Source of the DNA: Candidatus Sumerlaeia bacterium
GTDB lineage: Bacteria > Sumerlaeota > Sumerlaeia > SLMS01
Direction of reading: 5' to 3'
Assembly (NCBI GenBank): GCA_038208905.1
Contig: JBBQYG010000017.1
Span: 1 to 38,669 of the forward strand
Length of the DNA stretch: 38,669 nucleotides
The position numbers and the translations under genes are program-made. The notes under the pieces were generated by a model, which worked only from the letters and a program-made list of their open reading frames with translations, did no database searches and was not told the origin of the DNA. Within the stretch, counting starts at the first letter, position 1, and each line of letters begins with the position of its first letter. Below are positions 8,597 through 19,498 of this stretch, one piece after another.

Positions 8597-9927
8597 TGAG
8601 CAATCGACCGCGAATTGCAGGGACAGGACGCGCCATCGCGGCGCTCGCGATGAGCGCCGCAATTGTCCTGTCTGCCTGCAATTCCGGTCCGGGTGGCGGG
8701 CCCGCCATCGAGACCGCCCCCGCGGAGCGGGGCGAAATCAACCTCGTGATCGAGGAACTTGGGGTTATCGAATCCACAAGCGTCGCGTCGATCATCGCCC
8801 CCACGCGGGGACGCCTGATCCGGATTCTCGAGGACGGGAGCATGGTCAAGAAGGGCGATGTGCTGGCGTCGCTCGACACGACACAGCTCTACGACAGCCT
8901 CGAAGAGGACCTCGACAACCTCAAGGCCGTGAAGAAGGATCTCGAATCTGCCATCGAGCAGATGACCATCGACCTGCGCAGCAACGCGCTCGATATGAGT
9001 TCCTCGCTGGCGCAGCTTGATCTGGCGCGCGTCCAGTTGGCCGACGTGAACGGCAATCTGGGCGAGTTGGAATACCTGCGCGCGGCGAATATCGTGAATC
9101 AGGATCAGGTGCGCACCGCGGCCTACGACGTCCGCCGATCGGAAATAAGCACGTTCAGCCGCGACATGGAACTCCGCAGCCAAGTGACTGGCACCCAGAG
9201 CGCGGAGATGGAGAACGAGGTGACGATGGATCGTCTCGGCCTGCGCGGGCGGGAGCGCCTGGAGCGCATCGAGCAAACGCAGGAGCGCATTCGCAACGCG
9301 GAGATTCGCTCCCCCAGCGACGGAATCTTCATCCGCACAAAGCGGTGGAATTGGTCCGTGCGCCGACGCGCAGAGAAAATGGCCGGGGAGGACGTGAACG
9401 AAGGCGAGCAGTTGGGCACGATTCCCGACATGGCCTTGTTGATCGTTCGTTCCCAGGTGCCCGAATCCGAAATGCTTCTGGTCAAGCCGGGAACAGTTGT
9501 CGAACTCGTGTTCGAGGCCCTTGGCAATCTTCAGAGCGAGGGCACCATCCTGCGAATTTCTCCTGTCGCCATCGAGCGGGAGACCTCCGCCGGGGGGCAG
9601 ATCACCGCAGGCGGGCAGACAATGAGTGGGGAAAAGGTATTCGAAGTGGAGATCCAGATCGCCCGCGCCGACCCGCGCATGAAGCCAGGCCTGACGGCTC
9701 GCGCGAGGGTCGTTCTCGACCATCGGACGAATGTGGTTACGGTGCCGCTTGAGGCAGTGACCACCGATCAGGGTAAGCACTACGTCATTGTTCAGGACGG
9801 CCGCCAGTGGCGCCGCGTGGAGGTTGGCGTGGGCCGCTCCAACGACGCCCGAGCCGAGATTACATCCGGGATATCAGAGGGCGACAGCGTTCTGGTGTCG
9901 GGTGCTCCCGCAACGGTAACGATGTAG
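8596..9927 (+). CDS. Efflux periplasmic adaptor subunit (membrane fusion protein, MacA/HlyD-like), probable lipoprotein
   Basis: Lipobox IVLSA-C. Lipoyl halves (G..VKKGDVLA.LD and IRSPSDG), long coiled coil, MKPGLTA and VPLEAV..VEVGVG..EITSGISEGD. Start overlaps the previous stop (TAATG). Confidence 0.9.
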   Translation: MSNRPRIAGTGRAIAALAMSAAIVLSACNSGPGGGPAIETAPAERGEINLVIEELGVIESTSVASIIAPTRGRLIRILEDGSMVKKGDVLASLDTTQLYDSLEEDLDNLKAVKKDLESAIEQMTIDLRSNALDMSSSLAQLDLARVQLADVNGNLGELEYLRAANIVNQDQVRTAAYDVRRSEISTFSRDMELRSQVTGTQSAEMENEVTMDRLGLRGRERLERIEQTQERIRNAEIRSPSDGIFIRTKRWNWSVRRRAEKMAGEDVNEGEQLGTIPDMALLIVRSQVPESEMLLVKPGTVVELVFEALGNLQSEGTILRISPVAIERETSAGGQITAGGQTMSGEKVFEVEIQIARADPRMKPGLTARARVVLDHRTNVVTVPLEAVTTDQGKHYVIVQDGRQWRRVEVGVGRSNDARAEITSGISEGDSVLVSGAPATVTM

Positions 9928-10116
9928 CCCGCCCGGGACGAGCGCGGGGTTCTCGCAAACTTTCCGGCGAGGCGATGAAGCGCCCGCAAAATCAGGTCTT
10001 TCCGTCACTGAGTCGGCGCGTCGTGTGCCGGGGCACATGAGTGTCGAGGAGGCGGCGGAGGACGCAGTTTGCGGGATGGTTCGATGCCGGAGTCAAAGGC
10101 TCGTGAGAAATCCGGG

Positions 10117-10362
10117 CTAGATCAGCCCGCGGCCACCCGTTGATCCAGCCTTCTGGGGCTTTTCCTGGCGGGAGATCATGCGAAAGACTTCCTCGGCGTT
10201 CTCGTGGACGGAGAAAACTTGGCCATCGCCGCCGACCGTCGCGTCAGTTGCCATGAAGATGATCGTCCCTTCGCCCGCGTTATTTGGAACGAAGCGAACG
10301 ATATGGTCCGGGTTAAGGTAAACGTCGCCCTGCGTCTCGTTATCCGTCAACTTGAGGAACAT
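10117..10362 (-). CDS. Small FlbD-like protein
   Basis: FLKLT..VYLNPDHI..TII..V.E.AEEV...I pattern typical of the FlbD family. Strong AAGGAG RBS. Confidence 0.65.
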   Translation of the reverse strand: MFLKLTDNETQGDVYLNPDHIVRFVPNNAGEGTIIFMATDATVGGDGQVFSVHENAEEVFRMISRQEKPQKAGSTGGRGLI

Positions 10363-10583
10363 AAGCCCCTACTCCTTGGGAATTGAATAGGCAGGACGGG
10401 TGGTGGGGGGCTGGTGCCGAATTTGTTGCCCTGCCAATGTGCGGAAACTCTGTTGGACCGCATGTGGAGCGTGGGCGCCCATGCCGGACAAAGGCAAAGA
10501 AAAACTCGCGACCCAGGCTGTTTTTGGTCGAATTGGTGGGCGCGGGCGGGGATTTTCGGTGTTTCCCCGGAGGCAGATCAGGC

Positions 10584-11489
10584 TTGAGACAGCGGGAGAA
10601 CCCCATCGCCACCCTCGCGACGCGCCCGTCAGCGTCAGACGTTCTGGCTCTTGAGGCGCCTTGGGCACTCGTGGCCGCAGCGGAGGGCATCGCCCTTTCA
10701 CTGCTTTCCAGCGTCACCTCGCCCGGTGCCGCGCCGATCCTTTATCTACCAGAGATCGTCCTATTGGGTCTGCTTGCCGCTGCGGTCGGAATCTATTCCA
10801 TGGCCCAGCGCATCGCGCGCATCGAGTCGCGCCTCCCACTCGATGAGCTTGTCGGCACACGCCTTCCCCCCGGCGACATTCTGGAAGGCTTCCTGACTCG
10901 GCTGCACGAGCGGGCGGGGCGCCTAATCGGGCTCCACGCGATCATATCGGTCGTCATCATGATGATGCTGGCGCCATCGCTATGGATGCTACTTGGCCCA
11001 ACACTTGGGGCATTGCTGGCGCTGCTGGCATTTCGCTCGTGGCTCTGCTGGGAGGCTTTCCGCTATGGCGCGATGCTGCTGCTGAGCGCGAGGCTGACCG
11101 TGTCGTCGGGCGGGCGACCTGCGGCGGCTTCGCTCGCGACGCTGGCGCGCGTCTATGCCGGGCACGCGGCCATCCTGGGGATTCTGATCCTGCCCGCGGT
11201 GGCGGTGCTCAAGCTGGCGGAGCACCTGGGATTGGCGTGGGCCATCGGGCCCGTGGTTGGGGGCGCGATCTTGCTGACTGGAATCATAGCGATCCTGGGG
11301 CTTCTGCCGCTGTACTTCCGTCGGCGAACTCGCTCGATGCTCGTGGATCTGGAAGACAACGCCGACCAATGGCTTGCCGACGAGGCCCCCGCCACTCCCC
11401 CGCCGAGAGAGGGATTCCCCGCGTTCCTTCACGCACTCCTTACGGGCGAACTCTTCCGTGATGCGCGAAGTGACCGGTTCCTGAGATAG
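10584..11489 (+). CDS. Multi-pass membrane protein, possibly ABC-2 permease-like
   Basis: About six hydrophobic segments. LDELVGTRLPPGDILEG resembles the loop of ABC-2-type permeases. GGAGG (10569-10573) precedes TTG 10584; the start is uncertain. Confidence 0.6.
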   Translation: MRQRENPIATLATRPSASDVLALEAPWALVAAAEGIALSLLSSVTSPGAAPILYLPEIVLLGLLAAAVGIYSMAQRIARIESRLPLDELVGTRLPPGDILEGFLTRLHERAGRLIGLHAIISVVIMMMLAPSLWMLLGPTLGALLALLAFRSWLCWEAFRYGAMLLLSARLTVSSGGRPAAASLATLARVYAGHAAILGILILPAVAVLKLAEHLGLAWAIGPVVGGAILLTGIIAILGLLPLYFRRRTRSMLVDLEDNADQWLADEAPATPPPREGFPAFLHALLTGELFRDARSDRFLR

Positions 11490-11505
11490 CCAACTTTTCT
11501 CTGCG

Positions 11506-12132
11506 CTACGACGTGCCGAACATGCGGTCACCCGCGTCGCCGAGACCGGGGACGATGAAGCAGTTCTCGTCGAGCCGCTCGTCGAGCGCGCCGACAAAGA
11601 CGGAGACATCGGGGTGATCCTCCAGCACTCGGTCGCGGCCCTCCGGCGAAGCGATGAGGCACAAGGCGATGATCTCCCGGGGGTTCTTGCGCTTCACCAA
11701 CTCGATGGCGCCGCAAAGGCTTCCACCGGTGGCGAGCATGGGATCGACCACGAGGACGACAGTGTTCTCGAGGTGGTTGGGGACGTTGAAGTAGTAGGTT
11801 TGCGGCTCCTTGGTGGACTCGTCGCGCTTGATGCCGATGTAGGCGATGCGGGCGGTGGGCATGATTTCCATCATACCGGGGAGCATCCCGAGGCCGGCGC
11901 GCAAAATGGGCGAGATCACGAGATCGACGCAGTCGAGCGTCGCCCCGGTCGTGCGACACAGGGGGGTCTCGACCTCCACGGGAATAGTTGGGAGGCGACG
12001 GGTGGATTCATAGGCAAGAAGGAGGGTGATTTCCGAGACGAGCTCGCGGAATTTCCTCATGCTGGTGTCCTTGTCGCGGAGAATGGCGAGCTTGTGCTGG
12101 ATCAGGGGGTGGTCCACGACGTGGAAGGGCAT
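11506..12132 (-). CDS. upp: Uracil phosphoribosyltransferase
   Basis: HPLIQHKL..LRD, PILRAGLGM, DPMLATGGS and IVPGLGDAGDRMFGT. Start at ATG 12132. Confidence 0.97.
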   Translation of the reverse strand: MPFHVVDHPLIQHKLAILRDKDTSMRKFRELVSEITLLLAYESTRRLPTIPVEVETPLCRTTGATLDCVDLVISPILRAGLGMLPGMMEIMPTARIAYIGIKRDESTKEPQTYYFNVPNHLENTVVLVVDPMLATGGSLCGAIELVKRKNPREIIALCLIASPEGRDRVLEDHPDVSVFVGALDERLDENCFIVPGLGDAGDRMFGTS

Positions 12133-12332
12133 GACGGGCTCCGGAGCGGGCTGTGCAAATCCTCTTTGCCGACGTTTCGGCGGTCCGGCCGGGCGAGCAA
12201 GGGTTATCCGGTATGGAAGTCGCTCCTCCATTGATGCAATCACGCTGCTTAGCCCTTGCTGGTTGGGGCGTGGGACCAATAGCCTTTCAACCGACTCCGG
12301 GGGGCGGTAGTCCCCCAATCGAAACAGGCACG

Positions 12333-13532
12333 ATGACACGCGCCCTTCTCGCCCGGCCGCGCCGGGCTATCAACGCTATCCGCTCCTCCATCGCCGAGTC
12401 CTTTCGGCGGCGTTTTGCGCTCCGCCTGACGACCGAGGGATGGTGCATCGTTGCGACGATGATGCTGATTGGCTTGGCGGCGCTGAACACGGCGGCCCCA
12501 CTACTGTACCTGATGTTCTCCATGATGTGCTCCTTCTTCGTGCTGTCTGCGATGCTTGCGACGAATTCGATCCGCGCGCTTGGGCTGACCCGGTATGCGC
12601 CGCGGGTATGGCAGGCCCAATCGCCGATGCGGGTGGAAGTCCGTATCCGCAACGGGAAGCGGTTCACGTCGAGCTATAGCTTGCGGGTACTCGATCGCAT
12701 GAAGGATGGAACTGCGCTGGGGAGCGTTTTCTTCGACGTGGTGCCGTCGGGCCGCGGCGAGGTGGCGCAGGAGTACGAGTGCCTGTTCCTGATTCGCGGC
12801 GTCTATCGACTGGAGGGGTTCGAGCTGGCGACGCGGTTTCCCTTTGGCCTGATCGAGCGACGCCTTTCCTGGGATGATCCGTGGGAGATTCTGGTCATGC
12901 CCCAGACAATCAAGGTGGGAGCCCACCTGGAGCGGGCGCGCGTGACGATGGGCGACCACCAGAGCCATCAGCGCGGCGCCGGGAGCGGGCTGTATGGACT
13001 TCGCGCGTACTCGCGGGAGCAGTCGGCTCGCGACATTCACTGGAAGGTATCCGCCCGGCGCGGCGGTTTGATCGCCCGCGAGTACGAGTCGGAGGAGAAG
13101 CGCCGCGCAAGCGTGGTGCTGGACAACCGCCGCGCCGGGCGCGAGACGCCGGCGATGCGCGAGGCCTTCGAGAGGGCCGTGGTGCTGGCCGCGTCGGTGC
13201 TTGACTGGCTCTGTTCCCAGCAGCACGAGGTGGAGCTAAGGACCGCGAGTGGCGTGATCGCCTATGGCTCGGGAGTGCCCCACCTGACTCGGTGCAAGCG
13301 GTCGCTGGCATCCTTGGAGCTGATCGACGGCGGCGTGGCCGAGGCCGGAATTCTGGCGCCGAGCGGCGAGGATTCCATCGCGTTTCCAATCCTGATGGGC
13401 GCGCCGGAGGGCCGTTCGGAAGGGCGCTTTCCGCTCTCCATCGAAGAGTTCGCGGATCAGCTCAGCGCGGCCTTCATTCCCCACGACGAGGCCGCGGCTG
13501 CGATCCCCGGCGTCACGGCGGCGGCGCCATGA
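12333..13532 (+). CDS. DUF58 domain-containing membrane protein
   Basis: Two N-terminal TM helices, RG.Y..TRFPFGL, GLRAY..RDIHWKVSAR..REYE and FERAV.LAAS. Confidence 0.9.
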   Translation: MTRALLARPRRAINAIRSSIAESFRRRFALRLTTEGWCIVATMMLIGLAALNTAAPLLYLMFSMMCSFFVLSAMLATNSIRALGLTRYAPRVWQAQSPMRVEVRIRNGKRFTSSYSLRVLDRMKDGTALGSVFFDVVPSGRGEVAQEYECLFLIRGVYRLEGFELATRFPFGLIERRLSWDDPWEILVMPQTIKVGAHLERARVTMGDHQSHQRGAGSGLYGLRAYSREQSARDIHWKVSARRGGLIAREYESEEKRRASVVLDNRRAGRETPAMREAFERAVVLAASVLDWLCSQQHEVELRTASGVIAYGSGVPHLTRCKRSLASLELIDGGVAEAGILAPSGEDSIAFPILMGAPEGRSEGRFPLSIEEFADQLSAAFIPHDEAAAAIPGVTAAAP

Positions 13533-15907
13533 GTTTCAATGCCGCCTTTCAGTTCCTGACATTTGCAACGGCGCTTTGGGCGTTTGTCATGATGGCGGTC
13601 TTCGCGGAGCTGCACGCGATGGCGATCTCCATCTTCCTGATCTTCTTCGTCCTGTGCGCCCTTCGCAAGCCGCTTAGGGTGCGTATATCGTCAACCACTT
13701 GGCTCATCTTGAGCCTCGCTGCTCTCGGGATGGCGCTGGCGGGTTGGTTTATCTTTCTCCAGCATCTCTACTCGGTGCTCTATCTGTTTCTCTTTCTCGA
13801 GATCAACAAGCTGTGGACGAGCGAGCGGAATCGCGACGCGTTGCACGTGTATGGCCTGACGTTCTTCCAAGTGTTGGCGGCGTCGGTTTCCACGGCCTCG
13901 ATCGCGTTTGCGCCAGCGTTGGCGGGATACTTGTTTCTGATGCTGGGTTCGCTGATCACGCTGACGATCAAGCGCGACGCGGAACTGGCGCTTGCCCCGC
14001 CGGCAAAGGCGGGGTCCGCAAGTCACTCGGCGCATCCGCCGATGGCGCGCCGCTTGCGGGACTACGAGCGGCTACGCCTGAACACTTTCCTCGCCCGGCG
14101 CTGGTTGACGCCGCCGATCGTTCGCTGGTTGGCGGCGACGCTCGTGCTTGTCCTGGTCGTCGGCGCCGGATTGTTCATGATCATTCCCCGGTTGCAGGCC
14201 CAGTACTTCCTGGGCGGGTTGAGCCCCGCGGGAACCAACCGGTCGGTCTCCGGCTTTACTGATACGGTGGACTTTCGCGGACTCGGCGAGATCCAGACCG
14301 ACCCCACCATCATCATGCGTGCGTTCCCCGTGGAGGGCTACTCCCTTCAGGGCGGATTCCCGGATCCCTCGCTGCTCAAGCTGCGCGGCACATCGCTGGA
14401 CAACTACGACGGAACCCAATGGCGCAAGAGCGCCTCGACGGCGTCGGCGATCGAAGAGAACCGCAGCATTAACGTTTGGTTCAGTCGTGGCGGGCGGCGA
14501 GGCGAGTATCAGGAGTTGCGCACTTCCATAACTCTGGAACCAAATCGACGGGGATATCTATTCGGGCCGGAGATGCCCCGCAACTACGTGCTGGAGGGGC
14601 CGATTAGAACGCTGGTCGATTCCGAGGCGCGTTCTGTCCAGATCAACACCTCCAACTGGACAGTGCCGTTGAAGTACGATGTGTACAGTATCCGCTTTCC
14701 CGACCCGAACCCGGCAGCTGCGCGGCGGAGGGCCGATGCGGGCGCGGATGCAGAGGACACGAATCTGCGTGAGAACGTGCTCGACTTTCTCGGCGAGCTG
14801 GGCCGTTCGCTCCGCCGCGTCGAGCGGTCGGGAGAAACATCGGGGCAGGACTTGCAGCTTCCCGACCATCCCGACATGGAGACGGTGAAAAGGCTAGCCG
14901 GAGAGTGGACGGCATCGGCCACGAGCAACTACGAGGTGGCCAAGGCGATCGAGATGGCCCTCAAGCGCGGCTATGACTATTCGCTCGACATCACTTACAG
15001 CAACGACCCCCGCCACCTGACCCGTTTCCTCGAGGACGAAAAGAGGGGGCATTGCGAGTATTTCGCAACGGCGATGGCGCTGATGTTGCGCGCGAAGGGG
15101 ATCCCCGCGCGTATCGTCAATGGATATGCAACCGATGAGTGGGTTTCTGCTTCCAACGGTTACTTCCTGGTGAGGCAGGAGCATGCGCACTCCTGGGTCG
15201 AGGCGCGGATGCCGCGCGTGGGATGGGTACCGTTCGATCCAACGCCTTCGGCGGGAATCGGCGGCGGCCGGATTCCCAACACGCTGTATCGGCGACTTTC
15301 GCGCTGGAGCGACATGGTCAAGCTGCTGTGGTACGACATGGTGATCGACTTCGATTCCACCGACCAGTCCGCCTTCGTGCGATCAATGCTGTACGGAAAG
15401 TTGAAGCTGCCCAACTTCAGAGCGCTGCTGACATTCGGCGATGGATCGCCGGGGAGCGGCGTCGAAGGCGGCTATCCAGTCCTACTCGGAATGGCGTTAG
15501 CCGCTCTCGCCGCAGGCATCGCAGGGGGATGGTGGCTGTTGGCAAGGTTGAGACGAAGATCGCGTCGCGGATTCTCTGGCAAGGGTGCCGGGGCAAGAGT
15601 AGGCGGCACGGCGATCCCCGAGTATCTTTCGCTTCTGGGAGAGTTCGAGAAAGTGAGGCCGCGGCCCCCCTGCGAGACGCCGCTGGAGTATGCGCGTGTG
15701 GTGGTGACCCACAGCGACCACCTCGAAGAGTTTGTCCCCCTCACTGCGTACTACTACGCCGCCCGCTACGACGGAGCGGTCTGGGGGCCGGGCGAGACGA
15801 CTCGCGCCAATGCCCTCTTGCGCCGCCTGCGCGAGGGCGACAAGCCTTCGCCCGCTTCACAACTCGCCTCCCCAGCGCCTTCCAAGGAACCTCGCAATGA
15901 CAGCTAG
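13529..15907 (+). CDS. TgpA-like transglutaminase-family membrane protein (DUF3488, transglutaminase core, C-terminal DUF4129-like region)
   Basis: N-terminal TM bundle, SGFTDTV, LRG..LD.YDG..W, catalytic [17 protein letters not shown] and FDPTP. ATGA overlap with the DUF58 gene. Confidence 0.9.
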   Translation: MSFNAAFQFLTFATALWAFVMMAVFAELHAMAISIFLIFFVLCALRKPLRVRISSTTWLILSLAALGMALAGWFIFLQHLYSVLYLFLFLEINKLWTSERNRDALHVYGLTFFQVLAASVSTASIAFAPALAGYLFLMLGSLITLTIKRDAELALAPPAKAGSASHSAHPPMARRLRDYERLRLNTFLARRWLTPPIVRWLAATLVLVLVVGAGLFMIIPRLQAQYFLGGLSPAGTNRSVSGFTDTVDFRGLGEIQTDPTIIMRAFPVEGYSLQGGFPDPSLLKLRGTSLDNYDGTQWRKSASTASAIEENRSINVWFSRGGRRGEYQELRTSITLEPNRRGYLFGPEMPRNYVLEGPIRTLVDSEARSVQINTSNWTVPLKYDVYSIRFPDPNPAAARRRADAGADAEDTNLRENVLDFLGELGRSLRRVERSGETSGQDLQLPDHPDMETVKRLAGEWTASATSNYEVAKAIEMALKRGYDYSLDITYSNDPRHLTRFLEDEKRGHCEYFATAMALMLRAKGIPARIVNGYATDEWVSASNGYFLVRQEHAHSWVEARMPRVGWVPFDPTPSAGIGGGRIPNTLYRRLSRWSDMVKLLWYDMVIDFDSTDQSAFVRSMLYGKLKLPNFRALLTFGDGSPGSGVEGGYPVLLGMALAALAAGIAGGWWLLARLRRRSRRGFSGKGAGARVGGTAIPEYLSLLGEFEKVRPRPPCETPLEYARVVVTHSDHLEEFVPLTAYYYAARYDGAVWGPGETTRANALLRRLREGDKPSPASQLASPAPSKEPRNDS

Positions 15908-16781
15908 CTCCGTGACATTCCGCTCCGATGCCACGCCGCAGGAGTGTCGCCGGTTTTCCGTGGGGCCGGTCGATGTTGGGGGGGACGCTCCGATGTGCCT
16001 GATTGCCGGGCCCTGCGTGATGGAGTCGGAAGACCACACCCTTTTCCTGGCGGAGAAGATCGCGGAAGTTTGCCGGAAGCTAAACATGCCGCTGATTTTC
16101 AAGGCGTCTTACGACAAGGCCAACCGCACCTCGAAGTCATCCTTTCGCGGTCCCGGGCTGGAGGAGGGAATGCGTATCCTTGCGCGCATCAAGCGCGAGT
16201 TCGCCCTGCCGATCCTCACAGATGTCCACACGGAGGAGCAGGCGCCCCGGGTGGCGGAGGTCTGCGATATTCTCCAGATTCCCGCGTTCCTTTGTCGCCA
16301 GACAGATTTCGTGCAGGCAGTGGGGAGCACCGGCGCGGCGGTGAATGTGAAGAAGGGCCAGTTTCTGGCGCCGTGGGACGTGAAGAACATCGTGGACAAG
16401 CTGGCGGAGGTTGGCTGCGAGCGGGTGCTTCTCACGGAGCGCGGAACTACCTTTGGCTACGGCGCGTTGGTGACTGATTTCCGCGCGCTGACGATCATGC
16501 GCGAGCAGACGGGAATGCCCGTATGCTTTGACGGCACTCACAGCGTCCAGCAGCCGGGGGCGCTGGGCAACGCGACCGGAGGCAAGCGCGAGCATGTGCC
16601 GCTGCTGTGCCGCGCGGCCTGCGCGGTGGGCGTCAACGCGCTCTTCATCGAAACCCACGACCACCCCGACGCAGCAAAAAGCGACGGTCCCAACATGGTT
16701 CCCCTCAACGCCCTGGAAAGCCTGCTCTCCACATGTCAAGCGATCGACCGAGCGATCCGCCAGTCGGCGACGAAGCAGTAA
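15897..16781 (+). CDS. kdsA: 3-deoxy-D-manno-octulosonate 8-phosphate (KDO8P) synthase
   Basis: [55 protein letters not shown] and KSDGPN. Confidence 0.97.
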   Translation: MTASSVTFRSDATPQECRRFSVGPVDVGGDAPMCLIAGPCVMESEDHTLFLAEKIAEVCRKLNMPLIFKASYDKANRTSKSSFRGPGLEEGMRILARIKREFALPILTDVHTEEQAPRVAEVCDILQIPAFLCRQTDFVQAVGSTGAAVNVKKGQFLAPWDVKNIVDKLAEVGCERVLLTERGTTFGYGALVTDFRALTIMREQTGMPVCFDGTHSVQQPGALGNATGGKREHVPLLCRAACAVGVNALFIETHDHPDAAKSDGPNMVPLNALESLLSTCQAIDRAIRQSATKQ

Positions 16782-16798
16782 CGTCGCCCCTTGCGGGA

Positions 16799-17587
16799 AT
16801 GCGGCGCGTCGCCCTGCTGGTTGAGTACGACGGCGGGGCATTCCGCGGGCTACAGCGCCAGGAAAACACACCCGATACCGTGCAGGCCGTGCTGGAGAGC
16901 GCGGCAAAGGCCATTGGCTGCCCCGTGCCGCGATTCATCGCGGCGGGGCGCACTGACGCGGGCGTTCACGCACAGGGCCAGGTGATCGTCATGGATATTC
17001 CAGAGCGACTTCCCGCCCACCGCATCGCCCTGGCGCTGAATGCCTACCTGAGCGACGCCGTTCGCGTTCGCCGCGCAGTCGAGTGCGATCCCGATTTCAA
17101 CCCGCGGCTCGATGCGCGGGGGCGATGGTATGTATATCGCCTCAGCGCGCCCGGAGCCCCGCCGCCGATGTATCGCGGCGTTGTGGCGCGGTCGATCTAT
17201 CGGCTCGATCCGGAGCTGACCATCGCGGCGGCGAATAGTTTCGTTGGCAAGCGGGAGTTGAGGGAATGGCGCAGCTCCTACTGCGAAGGGAAGCGCACCC
17301 TGCTGACCATCGACGACGCCGACGCCTGGGCGCCCCACGTCCCAGAGGATGATTCGACCGAGCCCGCGCCTTGGTGGCGCATTCGCTTTCGTGCCAGGAG
17401 CTTCCTGCACCATCAGGTGCGCTTCATGGTCGGAGGAATTGTTGCCGTCGGGAGTGGTCGTCTCGGGCTGGAGGAACTCCGCGCGGCACTCGGCGCGGGC
17501 CGGCGCCCCACCATCGTCAAGTGCGAGCCCGCTTGCGGCCTGTGCTTCGAACGCGTCGAGTATCCGCCTGACCGGAATCCCTTCTGA
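16799..17587 (+). CDS. truA: tRNA pseudouridine(38-40) synthase
   Basis: EYDG..FRGLQRQ, AGRTDAGVHAQGQ (catalytic Asp), SFLHHQVRFMVG and GL.F..V.Y. Confidence 0.93.
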   Translation: MRRVALLVEYDGGAFRGLQRQENTPDTVQAVLESAAKAIGCPVPRFIAAGRTDAGVHAQGQVIVMDIPERLPAHRIALALNAYLSDAVRVRRAVECDPDFNPRLDARGRWYVYRLSAPGAPPPMYRGVVARSIYRLDPELTIAAANSFVGKRELREWRSSYCEGKRTLLTIDDADAWAPHVPEDDSTEPAPWWRIRFRARSFLHHQVRFMVGGIVAVGSGRLGLEELRAALGAGRRPTIVKCEPACGLCFERVEYPPDRNPF

Positions 17588-17598
17588 AAGGTGCCAAC

Positions 17599-18369
17599 GT
17601 GATCTTCCCCGGATTCAGAGTTCTGCTCCTCACTCTGTTCGCCCTGCTGCTTGCCGCAGGAAGGTCCTTCGCCGTCACGGAGTACCGTGTGGAGGTTGTT
17701 TCGCGAATCCCACACGACAAGAAAGCCTTCACCCAGGGCCTGCTGATCCACGATGGGAAGATATACGAGAGCACGGGGCTTTACGGCGAATCGACGCTGC
17801 GGCGAGTGAATCTTACGAGCGGAACACTGGAACTCGTGCGTAAGGTGCCCCAGGAATTCTTCGCCGAGGGCCTCGCGCTCGTTGGCGACCGGCTGATCCA
17901 GCTCACCTGGCGCGAAGGGAAGGCGCTGGTGTACGACGTCGCCACGCTTGAGCGGACCGGCGAGTACGACTATGCGGGCGAGGGCTGGGGGCTTTGCTTC
18001 GACGGCCGCGTGCTCTACATGAGCGACGGGTCCGCCTCGCTGAACGTGCGCGATCCCGCCACGTTCGGCGAGCTTGCGCGCATTCCCGTCACGCTCAATG
18101 GCAGGCCTGTCCCCTATCTCAACGAACTTGAGTTTATCGGAAATCGTATATACGCCAACGTCTGGCAGACGGACGTCATCGTCATGATCGACCCGGCCAC
18201 GGGGGTCGTCGATGGAGTGGTGAATGCAACGGGCCTGCTCTCCCCCGCCGAGCGAAAGGGAGCCGATGTCCTCAATGGCATCGCCCACGATCCCGTTACG
18301 GGTAAGACGTATATCACCGGGAAGCTCTGGCCGACGATCTTCGAGGTCCGATTTGTGCCGTCAAAGTAG
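17599..18369 (+). CDS. Glutaminyl-peptide cyclotransferase (type I, beta-propeller)
   Basis: Signal peptide, then PHD..AFTQGL, ESTGLYG, FFAEG, QLTW, EGWGL, SDGS, LNELE, ANVW, VLNGIA and TGKLWP. Confidence 0.94.
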   Translation: MIFPGFRVLLLTLFALLLAAGRSFAVTEYRVEVVSRIPHDKKAFTQGLLIHDGKIYESTGLYGESTLRRVNLTSGTLELVRKVPQEFFAEGLALVGDRLIQLTWREGKALVYDVATLERTGEYDYAGEGWGLCFDGRVLYMSDGSASLNVRDPATFGELARIPVTLNGRPVPYLNELEFIGNRIYANVWQTDVIVMIDPATGVVDGVVNATGLLSPAERKGADVLNGIAHDPVTGKTYITGKLWPTIFEVRFVPSK

Positions 18370-18454
18370 CGCGCCCGGCGACCCGTGGAAGCAAACACGG
18401 AGCGAAATGGATTCGCCAGCACTTGACCCCCGGATCGGCGACCGTGAAGGTTGA

Positions 18455-19429
<975 letters not shown>

Positions 19430-19455
19430 CGGATTTACCGAGACGAGAATCAACG

Positions 19456-19498
19456 GGGGGACAGGGTAACATGCCCAAGCCGGCGCACCCTGTCCCCC
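19456..19498. terminator. 12-bp perfect stem-loop downstream of mdh (terminator- or REP-like)
   Basis: gggggacagggt (19456-19467) pairs with accctgtccccc (19487-19498), with a 19-nt loop. There is no strong U-tract. Confidence 0.55.

Noticed and set aside
8470-9780. 436-aa antisense ORF over the efflux adaptor
   Set aside because: Antisense shadow with no recognisable domain.
9928-10116. Possible ncRNA or small ORF (MKRPQNQ...) between convergent genes
   Set aside because: Only short hairpins are present, with no recognisable RNA family and no coding support.
10363-10583. Possible riboswitch or sigma-54 promoter, and the N-terminal extension of ORF 10383
   Set aside because: No convincing consensus match by eye. 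The extension looks non-coding, and a better RBS/TTG start lies at 10584.
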